A stretch of 64,000 nucleotides of DNA from Candidatus Bathyarchaeota archaeon (GCA_963726255.1 CAVSBL010000002.1:2048001-2112000); one strand, 5' to 3'. Positions 1 to 11,129 are shown, counted from the stretch's first letter. Notes: generated from the letters alone by a model not told the origin. Translations and numbers: made by a program.

Positions 1-76
1 TGCGGCTGCCTTTCAGTTCCACGAGAACGATCTTGCTTAGGCTCTCTTGGAAGATCTTGTCAGCAACTGCAGACAT
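1..76 (-). CDS. Sm/Lsm RNA-binding protein (5' part, runs off window)
   Basis: Manual translation from ATG at 76: MSAVADKIFQESLSKIVLVELKGSR, typical archaeal Lsm N-terminus; not in ORF track. Confidence 0.75.
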   Translation of the reverse strand, partial: MSAVADKIFQESLSKIVLVELKGSR

Positions 77-247
77 TGTTCTTTCTGACCTAACTTGTGG
101 GCGTGGGTTCCCCGTAAAGGAGGAAGCCCCAAATTAAACGTTAGGCCTACATAAACCATAGCCAAAACACGTCAGATATCAATCGCGACGGAATCCGCTC
201 TCGATCTCTGAAAATCGTACGATGTTAAGTATGAAGAATACGTTCCA

Positions 248-751
248 ATGGTTGAAGAGTATTTGCCAGCAAAGCGGCATCTCAAGGACAAGGAAGTAAA
301 ACAAATTCTAAGGGAATTTACACAGCGCTACCCGCCTTCCGAACCGTTCCTTCGTTCGGTCAATGATGTTCAGGAACAAGCCGTAGGCAAAGGGCTAGTC
401 TTTTTCTTGAATGGAAGAGCCCTATTCTTGCGCACTGGGTCCGGCTTACTTCCATCTCTGAAGTTTGACGAACTCCTGAGTTCGTTGCCCAAGATCGTCG
501 TCGATATGGGCGCAGTGGCCCACGTAGCGAATGGCGCGCACGTCATGAGACCCGGCATTAAGGTAATACCGAATGATTTCAGGAAGGGGGATTTGCTATT
601 GATAGTCGATGAAAAATTCGGGAAGAACATCGCCCTAGGCATAGCCGACGTTGATTCAAACGCAATGAAATCGGCGAATAAGGGTAAAGTGATCGAGAAT
701 ATTCACTATGTCGGCGACGACTTCTGGAAATCGTTCGTGCAAACCGAGTAA
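248..751 (+). CDS. PUA-domain RNA-binding protein (DUF1947 + PUA, MCT-1/Tma20-like)
   Basis: VVDMGAVAHVANGAHVMRPGI and IENIHYVGDDFW motifs. Confidence 0.9.
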   Translation: MVEEYLPAKRHLKDKEVKQILREFTQRYPPSEPFLRSVNDVQEQAVGKGLVFFLNGRALFLRTGSGLLPSLKFDELLSSLPKIVVDMGAVAHVANGAHVMRPGIKVIPNDFRKGDLLLIVDEKFGKNIALGIADVDSNAMKSANKGKVIENIHYVGDDFWKSFVQTE

Positions 752-959
752 ACGGTAACTGAGCTCCAGTGGAAATGAGGCTAACCTAAATTCCATTGCG
801 AGCGGTACCTTAAACGCGTGGATGACAAACTATGCACACTATCCCTAGAAGACCGTGCTAGGTCTTTACATGGGCGTGTTAGAATCCCCTCCCTTACGTG
901 CAAATGTTTAAAGTGCAATCGGCGGAGGCAAACGTAGTTGAAACCTGAGTGGCCTCTAA

Positions 960-1325
960 TTGATCAGTTCAGATGGTGAGAGAGATGAGAGGTTCCCCTT
1001 GGTGAACCCATCGATTCAACACCCGATCTACGTGAAAGCGTACCCGCTTCGCGATCCAGCGGATGTGCCCAGAATCAAAGCTGAGATAATCGAAGGCAAC
1101 ATTCTGATCGTCAAGATTACTCCCATCGCGAAACGTAGCGTCGAGGAGACAAAGTCGGCGATAAATGAACTCGTCGAGTTCATTAAGTCGATTGAGGGCG
1201 ATATTGCAAGGCTCGGCGAGGAAAGGATTGTCATGACCCCGCCAACGGTGAAAGTCTGGCGTGGGAGGGAAAGCTCCAAGCTCGAAGTTGCTGCGGCTGG
1301 CGCGGGCGCAAACGAAGAAGTATAA
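960..1325 (+). CDS. sepF: Archaeal cell division protein SepF (DUF552)
   Basis: EIIEGNILIVKITP...EGDIARLGEERIVMTPPTVKV; start codon uncertain. Confidence 0.8.
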   Translation: MISSDGERDERFPLVNPSIQHPIYVKAYPLRDPADVPRIKAEIIEGNILIVKITPIAKRSVEETKSAINELVEFIKSIEGDIARLGEERIVMTPPTVKVWRGRESSKLEVAAAGAGANEEV

Positions 1326-1361
1326 TTAATTCCGGTTCGCGTGGCCTTGAGGTTTTCCTGT

Positions 1362-3293
1362 TTACCTCAGCCTGAGTCTCTCAAGGTTGTCTGGCGCTAT
1401 AGTTCTCATCTTCAGAATCCTTGAGATTTGATGTGCGAACAGGTCTGTCTTTCGTCGTTCGCCGTGCCCGAGTATGACCCGTGACGGCCTCGGTGAGATA
1501 CGTTTCAGAAAGGCGAATAGCTGGTTTCTATCCGAATGCCCTGAGAAACCCTCCACGCTTTCGACGCGCAGGTTAACTTTCAAAGCTTCGACCTTACCGT
1601 TCCTGCCCATAAGTGAAACTTCGCGGGCACCATTCTTGAGCCTATTTCCTAATGTGCCTTCAACCTGGTAGCTCACGAAGATCAACGAGTTCCTTTCATC
1701 CGAAGCCAAGTAACGGAAATAGTCGATTGCAGGTCCGCCCTCCATCATGCCCGAAGTTGCGAGTATGATGCATGGTTCTCCAGCTGCTATCTTCTCCCGT
1801 TCGGACGGGTGGTCCACGTTCGTGAAATAATCTGACTGAAATGGGTTAATGTCCTTGTAGAGAATTTGCTCCCGTAGGTCGCGTGCGAGGTATTCAGGGT
1901 AGGCGGTGTGAATGGCCGTTGCTTCTGATATCATGCCTTCCAGGAAGATTGGAAGTTCTTTGATCTGCTTGTTCTTCATGTAAGCGTTCAGGACAAGCAT
2001 GATTTCTTGAGCGCGCCCCACGGCCAGAGTTGGAATTAAAACCTTGCCACCTTTTTCGGCGGTTTCGTTTACAATTTTCGCTAACTTGCCCTCGACAGTT
2101 TCCCTGTCGGACATAACATCGTCCGGTCCACCGTACGTGCTTTCCATGATCAAGGTCTCGGCTCTTGGGAAGGAGCAGACGGCTGGCTCCAAAAGCATTG
2201 TACGGCCAAACTTGAAGTCGCCCGTGAAGATGACGTTAGTTAGTCCTTCTCCGATGTGGAGGTGGACGATTGAGCTGCCTATTATGTGGCCAGCGTTGTG
2301 GAGGGTGAGTTTGATGTCCGGAGCCACATCCGTGACCACCCCGTACTTGACTGGAATAGTGTGCATTACTACCTCGCGCACATCCTTCTGGTCGTATGGA
2401 GGATGGCCGCCCTCCTTTCCGAAGATGTCCAAGTAATCGAGTTGCAGAAGCGTCATCAAAACTGAGGTCGGTTCGGAGCAGTAAACAGGGCCATCGTAGC
2501 CGTACTTGTAAAGGAACGGAATGAATCCGCAATGGTCAAGGTGTGCGTGAGAGATTATTACGGCATCGAGTTTGTCTATGTCGAATTCGTCGGTGTCGAT
2601 TCGAGGGAAGGCGTAAATTGGCCTGTCGGCTCCTGCGCTTATGCCGCAATCCATCAGCACGCAGCTCTCTTCAGTTTCCACCAGCATCGCGGACCTTCCC
2701 ACTTCATGGAATCCACCGAGGGGGGTTAGGTAAACGCTTGAGGTCTTCTCGAGCCTTGCGCGGAATATGCGTTCGCCAACATCGCGGAAAATTCTGCTTC
2801 TTTCCTCGCTTTCGGAATGCAGGATATGACGAGAACTCGCGATTATCTTTGATGGCAGTGGCGGGGCACGGAGGACTCGTGGCCGCCAACTTGTTTTCTT
2901 AATGATCTCTTGAAGCGTAACCCCGTCCTTGCCTATCGCCAAACCAGGTTTTTTGGCTTCAATGACCACCTCGCCCAAGCTTGGGTCGAAGTTTATCTCA
3001 GTTATCTCAGCTTCAGCAGGTACGATTCCCTTTATCAGTCGCTCAGATTCGTTTTCAGTAAGACGGATTGAGGGGTCGGAGCGTATTACAACTCGTTTGT
3101 GTAGTAGGTTGACTATGTCTGTGACCACGTAACTCTGCTCAAGAAGAAGCCCAACGTTCTTGACGTAGATTGCTAGGCGTGGCCCTTCAAATTCAATTCG
3201 GGTTATTTCGGCTTCCTTGGGCATGTGGGTGACAATGGTTTCTCGTATTCTTGCCTGTGAATCATCTACCAGTCTAGCCACTGAGGAAACCAC
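1362..3293 (-). CDS. fttA: Beta-CASP ribonuclease aCPSF1 / termination factor FttA (KH + MBL + beta-CASP)
   Basis: N-terminal KH domains (EAKKPGLAIGK), SHAHLDH, AGHIIGS, GFSGHSD; downstream of psmB as is usual in archaea. Confidence 0.96.
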   Translation of the reverse strand: MVSSVARLVDDSQARIRETIVTHMPKEAEITRIEFEGPRLAIYVKNVGLLLEQSYVVTDIVNLLHKRVVIRSDPSIRLTENESERLIKGIVPAEAEITEINFDPSLGEVVIEAKKPGLAIGKDGVTLQEIIKKTSWRPRVLRAPPLPSKIIASSRHILHSESEERSRIFRDVGERIFRARLEKTSSVYLTPLGGFHEVGRSAMLVETEESCVLMDCGISAGADRPIYAFPRIDTDEFDIDKLDAVIISHAHLDHCGFIPFLYKYGYDGPVYCSEPTSVLMTLLQLDYLDIFGKEGGHPPYDQKDVREVVMHTIPVKYGVVTDVAPDIKLTLHNAGHIIGSSIVHLHIGEGLTNVIFTGDFKFGRTMLLEPAVCSFPRAETLIMESTYGGPDDVMSDRETVEGKLAKIVNETAEKGGKVLIPTLAVGRAQEIMLVLNAYMKNKQIKELPIFLEGMISEATAIHTAYPEYLARDLREQILYKDINPFQSDYFTNVDHPSEREKIAAGEPCIILATSGMMEGGPAIDYFRYLASDERNSLIFVSYQVEGTLGNRLKNGAREVSLMGRNGKVEALKVNLRVESVEGFSGHSDRNQLFAFLKRISPRPSRVILGHGERRKTDLFAHQISRILKMRTIAPDNLERLRLR

Positions 3294-3331
3294 CCTGAAA
3301 TCGGTTAATTCAGAATTATTGGGATTGGGAG

Positions 3332-3982
3332 TTAACTGGCCTGAGTGAGGATTCCCTTCTTTTCCTGTTCACCTAGTTCCCTATAACCATCCTTTGAGAT
3401 TACGGCAACGTCGAAGCTATCGCCGCTTGCAGAGTCGCGCTTCATAGCCTCATTGACCGCGCGGACTACGAGAGGTATGGCTTCCTTTACGGACATGCCT
3501 TCCTTGTAGCCTGGTTCCAGAACGCCGTAGGCCACTGGCGAGCCAGAACCAGTCGAGACGTACTTTTCCTCAGTAACACTCCCCAGCGGGTCGAGAGCGT
3601 AAATGTGTCCGCCTTGGTCATCTATACCGCCTATAATGGATTGCAGAATGAAAGGGAAGTATCTGGACTGAAAGAGAATATTCGCAGCCAAACGTGCTAG
3701 TGCGCTGATTGGTATGGGAAGGCCTTTCTCGTACTTGTAAAGTTTGGAGTTCGCGCGTAGTGTCTCAACGACAGTTTGTGCGTCGGCAACGCCTCCAGCT
3801 ATCGTCATTGCTACGTGGTCATCGATGGGATACACTTTCTTTGCTCGCTTATGGGCCACAAAGGTCCCGAGAGTGGCGCGGGTGTCAGTTCCGAGGACGA
3901 TTCCATCTTTGCAAACAACGCCCATCGTGGTCGTCCCGGTCATCACGTACTTCGGCATGTTGGTTTTTTCTTGGTGGTACAT
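3332..3982 (-). CDS. psmB: Proteasome subunit beta
   Basis: Propeptide then TGTTTMGVVCKDG, GSGSPVAYGVLE, MKRDSASGD; start moved to ATG at 3982. Confidence 0.95.
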   Translation of the reverse strand: MYHQEKTNMPKYVMTGTTTMGVVCKDGIVLGTDTRATLGTFVAHKRAKKVYPIDDHVAMTIAGGVADAQTVVETLRANSKLYKYEKGLPIPISALARLAANILFQSRYFPFILQSIIGGIDDQGGHIYALDPLGSVTEEKYVSTGSGSPVAYGVLEPGYKEGMSVKEAIPLVVRAVNEAMKRDSASGDSFDVAVISKDGYRELGEQEKKGILTQAS

Positions 3983-4203
3983 AGGTTTGTTTTGCCCCCG
4001 AGAACAGTTTCCGGAGCATAACGCAATCGCGCAGAAGAAGGTTCTAGCGCGATCGCATAGACCGACACACGACAACGTTAAAAACGTTTCCCGAAACTTC
4101 CCGACACATTAAAGGTTCGCTCGAAACTAGGTCAATAAATAGCACAAATTTGAAAGCCGGACGAGCATATCTCTGCCGCCTCTCGCTTGCATGCATCGTT
4201 GGA

Positions 4204-4641
4204 ATGGAAATGGAAAGAGCCTACCAGCTAGAAAACAAACTGATGGAAGAAGCCTACGAGGAACTACAGTCACGCCAGCAACTTTCAGCAAGATTGAAGG
4301 CTACGCTTGAGAAAACGTTCGGTGAACGTTTCACCAACGGTTGGGAGCTGGCGAATTCAAGGAAAGTTCGCCGATACGAGTTCAAACCCAGTGGCAGAGT
4401 GGTTTGGGTTGTTCAGGGTCGGAAGAGCGAATACCAAGTTATGCCGGACATACCCTTCTGCTATTGCGACGATTACTACTTTCGAGTAATGGACAAGAAG
4501 CGAGGCCTATGCTACCACATAATAGCCCAACACATAGCAGAAGCCCTGGACAAATTCGAGAAAATATCCAAGAATGATTCCCAATACTCAAACATCACGG
4601 ATCGGTGGAGGGCCAAGGAAATCCCTGAGAGTTCGGGATGA
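4204..4641 (+). CDS. SWIM zinc-finger protein
   Basis: CYCDDYYFR...CYHIIA (CxCxnCxH); start uncertain. Confidence 0.75.
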   Translation: MEMERAYQLENKLMEEAYEELQSRQQLSARLKATLEKTFGERFTNGWELANSRKVRRYEFKPSGRVVWVVQGRKSEYQVMPDIPFCYCDDYYFRVMDKKRGLCYHIIAQHIAEALDKFEKISKNDSQYSNITDRWRAKEIPESSG

Positions 4642-4693
4642 GCAGTGTTTAAATGGGAACTTGCTTTCTACGGGGAAGGCGAGCGTTAGGAAA

Positions 4694-4804
4694 TTGACAA
4701 CGGACGAGTTCTGGGGCCTGTTCCAGATTGGAATCGTTTTTGTAGCTTTCCTAGCTGTCATTCTAATCTTCGTCTACCTCGCCTACGAGAAACCTTCCGC
4801 CTGA
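4694..4804 (+). CDS. Small single-TM membrane protein (36 aa)
   Basis: TTG start after TTTAAAT box near 4648; hydrophobic FQIGIVFVAFLAVILIFVYLAY. Confidence 0.45.
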   Translation: MTTDEFWGLFQIGIVFVAFLAVILIFVYLAYEKPSA

Positions 4805-4896
4805 TGATGTGAAGGAAGCGCGAACTGACCCTCAAAGAATACGTTCGTAAGGCGAGAAACCGCGTTTCATGAGTTATTTGATTTGAGGATCAGTAC

Positions 4897-7747
4897 TTGC
4901 TTGAGAACACATTTGCGCAGCTACACCGGCCAATACGGGCCCACTTGGAAAGGGTTGGGTTAGAGGAACCTAGCGACATCCAAAAAATCGCGATACCGTC
5001 AATTCTCCGAGGCGAGAACGTACTCGTAATAGCTCCGACCGGAACTGGGAAAACACTAGCGTGCGTGCTTCCCATCTTCAATATGTTCTTGGAGCGCAGG
5101 TCGGCTGGGGAGACAAAGGGCATCTCAATCCTATACGTGACTCCGCTCAGGGCGCTGAACCGAGACATTGTGCGGAGACTGACTGATGTAGGTAGGGAAC
5201 TTGACATCAAGGTCCAGGTGAGGCACGGAGACACGCCGACGAGCACAAGAGTGATGCAGGCCAAATCACCTCCTGAAATGCTTGTCACAACGCCAGAAAC
5301 TCTGCAAGCCATCCTGCCTGGAAAGAGGATGCGTGAGCACTTGAAGGGCGTCAGGTGGGTTGTTGTTGACGAAATTCATGAGCTTGCGACCGATGAGCGC
5401 GGTGTTCAACTCTCGATCGCTCTGGAACGATTAGTCCACCTAGCCGGCCGGAACTTCCAAAGGATTGGATTATCGGCGACAGTGGGTGAGGAGGAGAAGG
5501 TCGGAAGGTTCCTATCAGGAACTGATCGTAAGGTGGTGGTTGCGAAGTCCGAAGAGCTTAGGCAGGTTCAGATCGGCGTCGAATATGTGCCACCCACACC
5601 TGCAGATATCAAGGAGTCCGAAAAGTATGGCCTTCCACCCACAACAATAGCGAGGGCAAAGCGAGTTGCCGAAATTATCTCGGTGAAGCAGTCAACCCTG
5701 GTCTTCACAAATACACGTGAACAAGCCGAAGCTGTGGGGTCGCAGCTCCATGCCCTCAAACCGGAGCTACAGGTGCGAGTGCATCACGGTTCCCTTTCTC
5801 GAGAAATGCGAGGAGGTTGAGCAAGGATTTCAGGGTGGTTCAGTGAAAGGTGTCATTTGCACATCGTCCCTTGAGCTGGGGATGGATATTGGTAGAGTAG
5901 ACTACATTGTTCAATACATGTCGCCGAGAATGTCCACCCGCCTCATTCAGAGAGTGGGAAGAAGCGGCCACACTCTAAGAGGGCTAGCAAAAGGAACTGT
6001 GATCGGTGCATGGGCAGATGATCTGTTAGAGGCCGCTGTGCTCGCAGCGAATACTAGGGCCGGGAGAATCGAGCCAACAATTATCCACGACAAAGCTTTG
6101 GACGTACTCGCACATCAGATAGCGGGCATAACTCTAGACTTAAAGAGGGTTAAACTCGGGGAACTGTACGAAATTATTCACGGCTCCTATCCGTACCGGG
6201 ACATGACAGGCGAAGAACTTCACGGACTCGTCAAATTCCTAGACTCATTGGGAATGATCAGGTTACTAGACGACGTATTCTCCGCACGCTTTCCACGAAC
6301 ATTTCGATACTACTACGAGAACCTCTCCGTCATACCAGATGTGAAACGCTTCGATGTGTTCGATTTCTTCAGGAAGCGGAGGATTGGGACATTGGATCAA
6401 GACTTCGTGGCCAGGAAATGTAAGGGCGGTACCGTCTTCATTATGCATGGACAAACCTGGAAGATCATTAACGTCAACGAAGAGAAACTTTCCGTCGAGG
6501 TGGAACCGACAGTCCCAACCTTGGACGCCATCCCGAGCTGGGAGGGCGAGATTATTCCGGTCAGTTTCGAAACCGCGCAGGAAGTTGGCAAACTGAGGGC
6601 GGACATAGCCTCGAAGCTAGAAGATCCCGCTGGGCTTCGAGGAATCCAGGAGGAACTACAATTGTCGAATGCCGCAATTAGCAAGATCACTGAAACCGTT
6701 AGGTCGCAGTTGAAGAACTTCCCGATGCCAACAGACAAACGCATCATAGTAGAGAAGTTTGAGAACTGCATAGTCATCCATGCATGTTTCGGAAGCACAG
6801 TGAACGATACCATTGCAATGATCTTGGGATCCATGCTCAGTGCTAAGTACGGGGTAAACGTAGCAACACAAACAGATCCCTACCGAATCGCCATTATCTG
6901 CCCGTTCAAAATTGAACCGGAAACCGTCGCCCTCGAACTCTCAAAATTCACTCCGGACGATGTCGAGAAGGTTCTGGTCGAGTTCCTTCAGAACTCAGAC
7001 CTATTCGCGTGGAAGCATTGGCACGTAGCCCGCCGATTCGGAGTCGTCGAGAGAAAGGCGGAGTACAAATCCATTCGCGCCCGTATGCTCGTCCGCGCTA
7101 TGAAAGACACGCCCTTGAACGTGGAGACTCAACGAGAGGTCCTCCTCGAAAAGTTCGACTTGCCAAGAACAAAGGACATAATTGCAAAACTACAAGCAAG
7201 AGAGATAACCATCGACGTCACATCAGAAAGAGCTGAATCCTGCTCACCTTACGCTACGCCGATCATCGACAAAATAATTCCGCACGACCTGTTAAGGCCC
7301 GCCGTTCCCTCGAAATCCTTGACAGACATCGTTAGGGAACGTCTAGTCGCAAGCACTGTTCGCTTGGTATGCATTTTCAACGGGGACTGGGATGGAGTGC
7401 GGGTAGTGGGCGACCTTCCGCACAGAATTCGTTGCCCCAAATGCAGTTCGACGCTAATTGCAGCCACGTATCTGGCTAACGACACATTACTCGGCGTTGT
7501 CAGGAAGAAGAGGAAGGGCGCCAAACTAACGTCTGAAGAAGAACATAACTGGCGTCAGGCATGGCTGAGCGCAAGCCTAGTGCAAACCAAAGGAAAGGAA
7601 GCCGTCGTGGTCCTCAGTGGTCGAGGCGTGGGCCCAGCAACCGCAACCAGAATCCTAAGGAGGCTCCACAGAACTGAAGAAAACCTGTACGTGGATATTC
7701 TAAAGGCTGAACGCGAATACGCTAGAACACGACTTTTCTGGGATTAG
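4897..7747 (+). pseudogene. lhr: Lhr-family SF2 DEAD/DEAH helicase split by one frameshift near 5806-5812 (may be an assembly error)
   Basis: ORF1 has APTGTGKT, DEIH, LSAT, HHGSLS; ORF2 continues EEVEQG...CTSSLELGMDIG, QRVGRSGH, IPSWEGE, CPKC; a 2-nt restoration gives SLSREMREEVE. Confidence 0.9.
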
Positions 7748-7786
7748 GCGCTAGCCGCTGGGGATTGTTTGCGCAAGATTGTAGGC

Positions 7787-7813
7787 GTTTCTACCAAGTG
7801 GAATCATCCTTAA
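7787..7813 (+). promoter_or_regulatory. Putative TF site TTCTAC-N3-GTGGAA followed by CTTAA TATA-like box
   Basis: GTTTCTACCAAGTGGAA-N5-CTTAA, near-identical to 11061-11087. Confidence 0.5.
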
Positions 7814-7887
7814 TTGCCATAATTAGAACCGTTAGGTGTTGTGGCATGCCCCTTCCCAGTTAGGGCTCGAAAGGGGGCGATTGCTCA

Positions 7888-8115
7888 ATGATAGCTGACA
7901 TATTGATTTCGGGGATTGGATTTGGGGAATTAGTGATTTTCCTAATCCTCCTGATTATTGGTATCATAGCGATCTTGATTTTGTCGGCAGTCATACATTT
8001 CATACTTCCAATAATCGCCGCCGTTGTGGTTTGGTTCCTTACGAGTAGCTTACTTTACGCAGGAGTCGCGTTCGTAGTTGTCGCGATCTTGCAATTGATA
8101 GTTAGGAGAAGGTAG
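7888..8115 (+). CDS. Small integral membrane protein
   Basis: 75 aa almost wholly hydrophobic with C-terminal RRR; GGGGG RBS-like sequence upstream. Confidence 0.7.
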   Translation: MIADILISGIGFGELVIFLILLIIGIIAILILSAVIHFILPIIAAVVVWFLTSSLLYAGVAFVVVAILQLIVRRR

Positions 8116-8247
8116 GATGCTACCTTAGGTTGGCGGTGCGTTGAAGGTTTCGACAGTGTTGAGGCTTCTGGTTCGGGTGCCCAAGATCGGAATTATGCCG
8201 GTTCTGTGAACAGCCTCGTGCGAAAGCTAGTACCAAATTCGTGATAT

Positions 8248-10059
8248 TTACCCCACTTTTTCCTCAACTGAACTCGCATTGCTGGTTTCGGTCGGTTGAA
8301 CTCGATCCCGCTTCTCGCGTACGTACTCTATTGCTTCTTTGAACGAATGAGGCAGGAAGATTGGGTTCAGCCTTGCTCCATGAATGGCATATCCTTTCCG
8401 ACGGCTAATTAGGAACATCAGAAGCGCTACCGATATCGGAGCTAGCCAAAGGTTCGCTAGGACTTGTAACATCTGCAACCGTAGAGTGGGCACGAGACCG
8501 GTCAGTAAGAAATCTATGCTGGAGGTTAGGATCCTTGAAATTATTGGAAACACATAATGCTGAACAAAAAGCAGCAATGAGAGGGCGATTCCAATCACCA
8601 GGGCTGTCCAGCTGTATCGCCTGATATGTTCTATCGAGCCGATGCTTGAGTAAGGTATTTCCGCGGTGCTTCTTGAAAAACGACCTCGTTGAATAAACAC
8701 TCTCTTGTTCGTCGCGACAAGCTTCTGTGTGCCATGAGACCACGTACGAGCAACAATCTCCGGTTCTGAAAGCGTAGATCTAACTTCGCTTGGTAATTCT
8801 GCGAGGCCGGTCTCCTTCTCAATCGCTTTTGTGATCGCCAAATCTAACTCTTTGATCAGCTTTGTAAGAGTGAAGTCATCCGCCCTTTTTCTGGCATTGG
8901 CAGAGTACTTCTCCCTCTTTGAATCGTCGTCCACTAGTTCAACTACTGCTTGGGCTGCTCCTTCCACGTCACTTGGCCCCTTCACGTGGACGCCTTCCTG
9001 GTCGTCTCGAATAATCCAAGATTGTCCGCCGACGCCTGATGTGATTACCGGCACTCCCCGATACATGAATTCGAGCTGAGCCAATCCTAGAGCCTCCATC
9101 CGGCTCAGGATGATGTTAAGGTAGGAAGCCTCGATAAGTTGCACTTTTTCCTTTTCACCAATTTCACCAAGATACGTAACATTCGCTAGTTCCTTAGCTC
9201 TCTCCTTCACTTGTTCAGCGTACTCCGAATCACCGGCACCCGCGAGGACGAAGTGAATTTTCTTTCTATCGGTCAACTTCCCAGCAACCTCGAGAACCGC
9301 CATCGGGTTTTTTCGCTCCTCGATGGTTCCAAGGTACGAAACTATCTTTGCATCGCGTGAGAGATGATACCGTTGGAGGAATTCTTCTAAGTTTGATGAT
9401 GCAAAACGCATGAACGCATTGTCATCAACTCCTCCTGGGAAAAGAACATACTTCCGGCGGTCAGTGCCCATCTTTGTTTTAGCCTGCTCCTCGTACGGAG
9501 TTACGACTAGAACGAGGTTAGCGACACGAAGTATCGTTCTGAGTGAGAGGCGATTCCACGCCATTCTGAAAGAGCGCTCAACCACAGAGTACCTACGAGC
9601 TGAGGGTTCTTGGAAATGGGACATGTGACAAAATATCAGTGGGTCTTGAAATCCGCCTAGTTGCTTTATGTTGCGTCTCCATTCCACGAACTTCGCGACT
9701 TCCTCTGGCCCATTCCACATTGTGCTGTGGGTTATCAATACGTTAAGCTGGAAGTCGTTGACGATTCCTTCCAACGCGTGGACTACGTCTTTCAGATTGA
9801 CACGTCGGGGTGGCCAGCTCGAAGTAAAGCTGCCTACCCGAATGATTGGGATACCTAATTCACCGTCATTCGCTTCGACATAGCCTTTCTCGCCGATTGA
9901 GCCTTCACTGACGACCTGTTTTTCATCATGGTATAGGCTGGTGATTAGGTATGCTTCGTGGCCAAGTCTTCTAAAATAGCTCACCATTCTTTGGGCTACA
10001 AGCTCTTGTCCCTTGGAGCGACTCGTCTGATACATTACAACGCCGATTCTCAGCTTCAA
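8248..10059 (-). CDS. Glycosyltransferase family 4 (GT-B) with C-terminal membrane-associated domain
   Basis: YLGTIEERKN, EALGLAQLEFM..GVPVIT (ExxxxxxxE); two TM segments near the C-terminus. Confidence 0.85.
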   Translation of the reverse strand: MKLRIGVVMYQTSRSKGQELVAQRMVSYFRRLGHEAYLITSLYHDEKQVVSEGSIGEKGYVEANDGELGIPIIRVGSFTSSWPPRRVNLKDVVHALEGIVNDFQLNVLITHSTMWNGPEEVAKFVEWRRNIKQLGGFQDPLIFCHMSHFQEPSARRYSVVERSFRMAWNRLSLRTILRVANLVLVVTPYEEQAKTKMGTDRRKYVLFPGGVDDNAFMRFASSNLEEFLQRYHLSRDAKIVSYLGTIEERKNPMAVLEVAGKLTDRKKIHFVLAGAGDSEYAEQVKERAKELANVTYLGEIGEKEKVQLIEASYLNIILSRMEALGLAQLEFMYRGVPVITSGVGGQSWIIRDDQEGVHVKGPSDVEGAAQAVVELVDDDSKREKYSANARKRADDFTLTKLIKELDLAITKAIEKETGLAELPSEVRSTLSEPEIVARTWSHGTQKLVATNKRVFIQRGRFSRSTAEIPYSSIGSIEHIRRYSWTALVIGIALSLLLFVQHYVFPIISRILTSSIDFLLTGLVPTLRLQMLQVLANLWLAPISVALLMFLISRRKGYAIHGARLNPIFLPHSFKEAIEYVREKRDRVQPTETSNASSVEEKVG

Positions 10060-10234
10060 GGGGGCTCACCGGAGTATTCGTCATGCGACTGATATTACGT
10101 TAAGCCAGACTAGACCTGTTTTCTAACCTGCCGCCCAGCGTGATTCGGCAGGTGGTCTCTCAACCTAAAGGGGCCTACGAGCCATCATTGTTATAACGGC
10201 ATGTCCGCCGTTTGAAAAGGCAGGGTATACTGGA

Positions 10235-11011
10235 ATGACGCATGTAGACGCAATATTCTCCGACTATGATGGCACCCTTTGCGCGTTGGAACTTCGACGA
10301 GAAGACGCGTTCATCGCACCAAGGCTACGGCGGGTACTAATCAAAGCCAGCAAAGAGATCAAGCTAGGGATTGTAACAACCAAAGACCTCGCTTTTATCA
10401 AGGACCGGGTGCCGTTCGCGCACGGCTTCGCGGCAACATGCGGATTGGAGATGCGAGTTGGCGACAGAATAGTCGTGGACGAACGCGTTCGAGAACCAAA
10501 CAAGAAGATTGAGAAGGCATACCAAGACACCCTTAAGGCAATCCTTCAGATCCGCGACAACATTATGATTGAAAGAAAGGAAACCGAAGACGGCGACCTG
10601 ATTGCTTTCTGCATCGATTGGAGGCTGTCCCGCAATTGGGACGAAGCGCACAAGAAGGCGGCGCCCGCACTGGCACTCTGCAAGGGGGAAGGGTTGTACG
10701 TTGTTGAGTCGGAGATCAGCCCTTTCGCGAACATCTACCCATTTGAAGTGGACAAGGGCGCGGCCCTCACTAAGCTGCGGACCGAGATGGGCATTACAGG
10801 GCCGGTAATGTACATGGGCGATTCCGAGGCGGATGACCAGGCCTTCCAGCTTGCAGATATTTCAGTCGGCATCAAGCACCGGCGAATCATGCCAGCGCTA
10901 AAATGCAAATATCGGTTGGAATTCTTCGAACTCGACAGCTTTCTCTCAAAACTGATTGATTCAGATTTCAATTTTCAAGAAGGGATGTTGCAGAGAAACA
11001 CACCGGCCTAG
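10235..11011 (+). CDS. HAD-IIB phosphatase, trehalose-6-phosphate phosphatase-like
   Basis: FSDYDGTL, VDKGAAL, YMGDSEADDQAF motifs. Confidence 0.8.
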   Translation: MTHVDAIFSDYDGTLCALELRREDAFIAPRLRRVLIKASKEIKLGIVTTKDLAFIKDRVPFAHGFAATCGLEMRVGDRIVVDERVREPNKKIEKAYQDTLKAILQIRDNIMIERKETEDGDLIAFCIDWRLSRNWDEAHKKAAPALALCKGEGLYVVESEISPFANIYPFEVDKGAALTKLRTEMGITGPVMYMGDSEADDQAFQLADISVGIKHRRIMPALKCKYRLEFFELDSFLSKLIDSDFNFQEGMLQRNTPA

Positions 11012-11060
11012 AACCAAGCCTCGGGCGGGGTGGTTCCAAAGTTTCTACCGGGCACTCGAG

Positions 11061-11087
11061 GTTTCTACCAAGTGTAACTACGCTTAA
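11061..11087 (+). promoter_or_regulatory. Putative TF site TTCTAC-N3-GTGTAA followed by CTTAA box
   Basis: GTTTCTACCAAGTGTAA-N5-CTTAA; extra half-site GTTTCTACC at 11041. Confidence 0.5.
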
Positions 11088-11129
11088 CCGCTGTCAAGCA
11101 GGGGGTAGTGCTCAGGAGGTTCGAAGAAT

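Noticed and set aside
4801-4830. Possible C/D-box sRNA (TGATGA...CTGA)
   Set aside because: No convincing C'/D pair; overlaps a stop codon.
5800-5820. Programmed ribosomal frameshift in lhr
   Set aside because: No X XXY YYZ slippery site; restoring the protein needs two missing bases.
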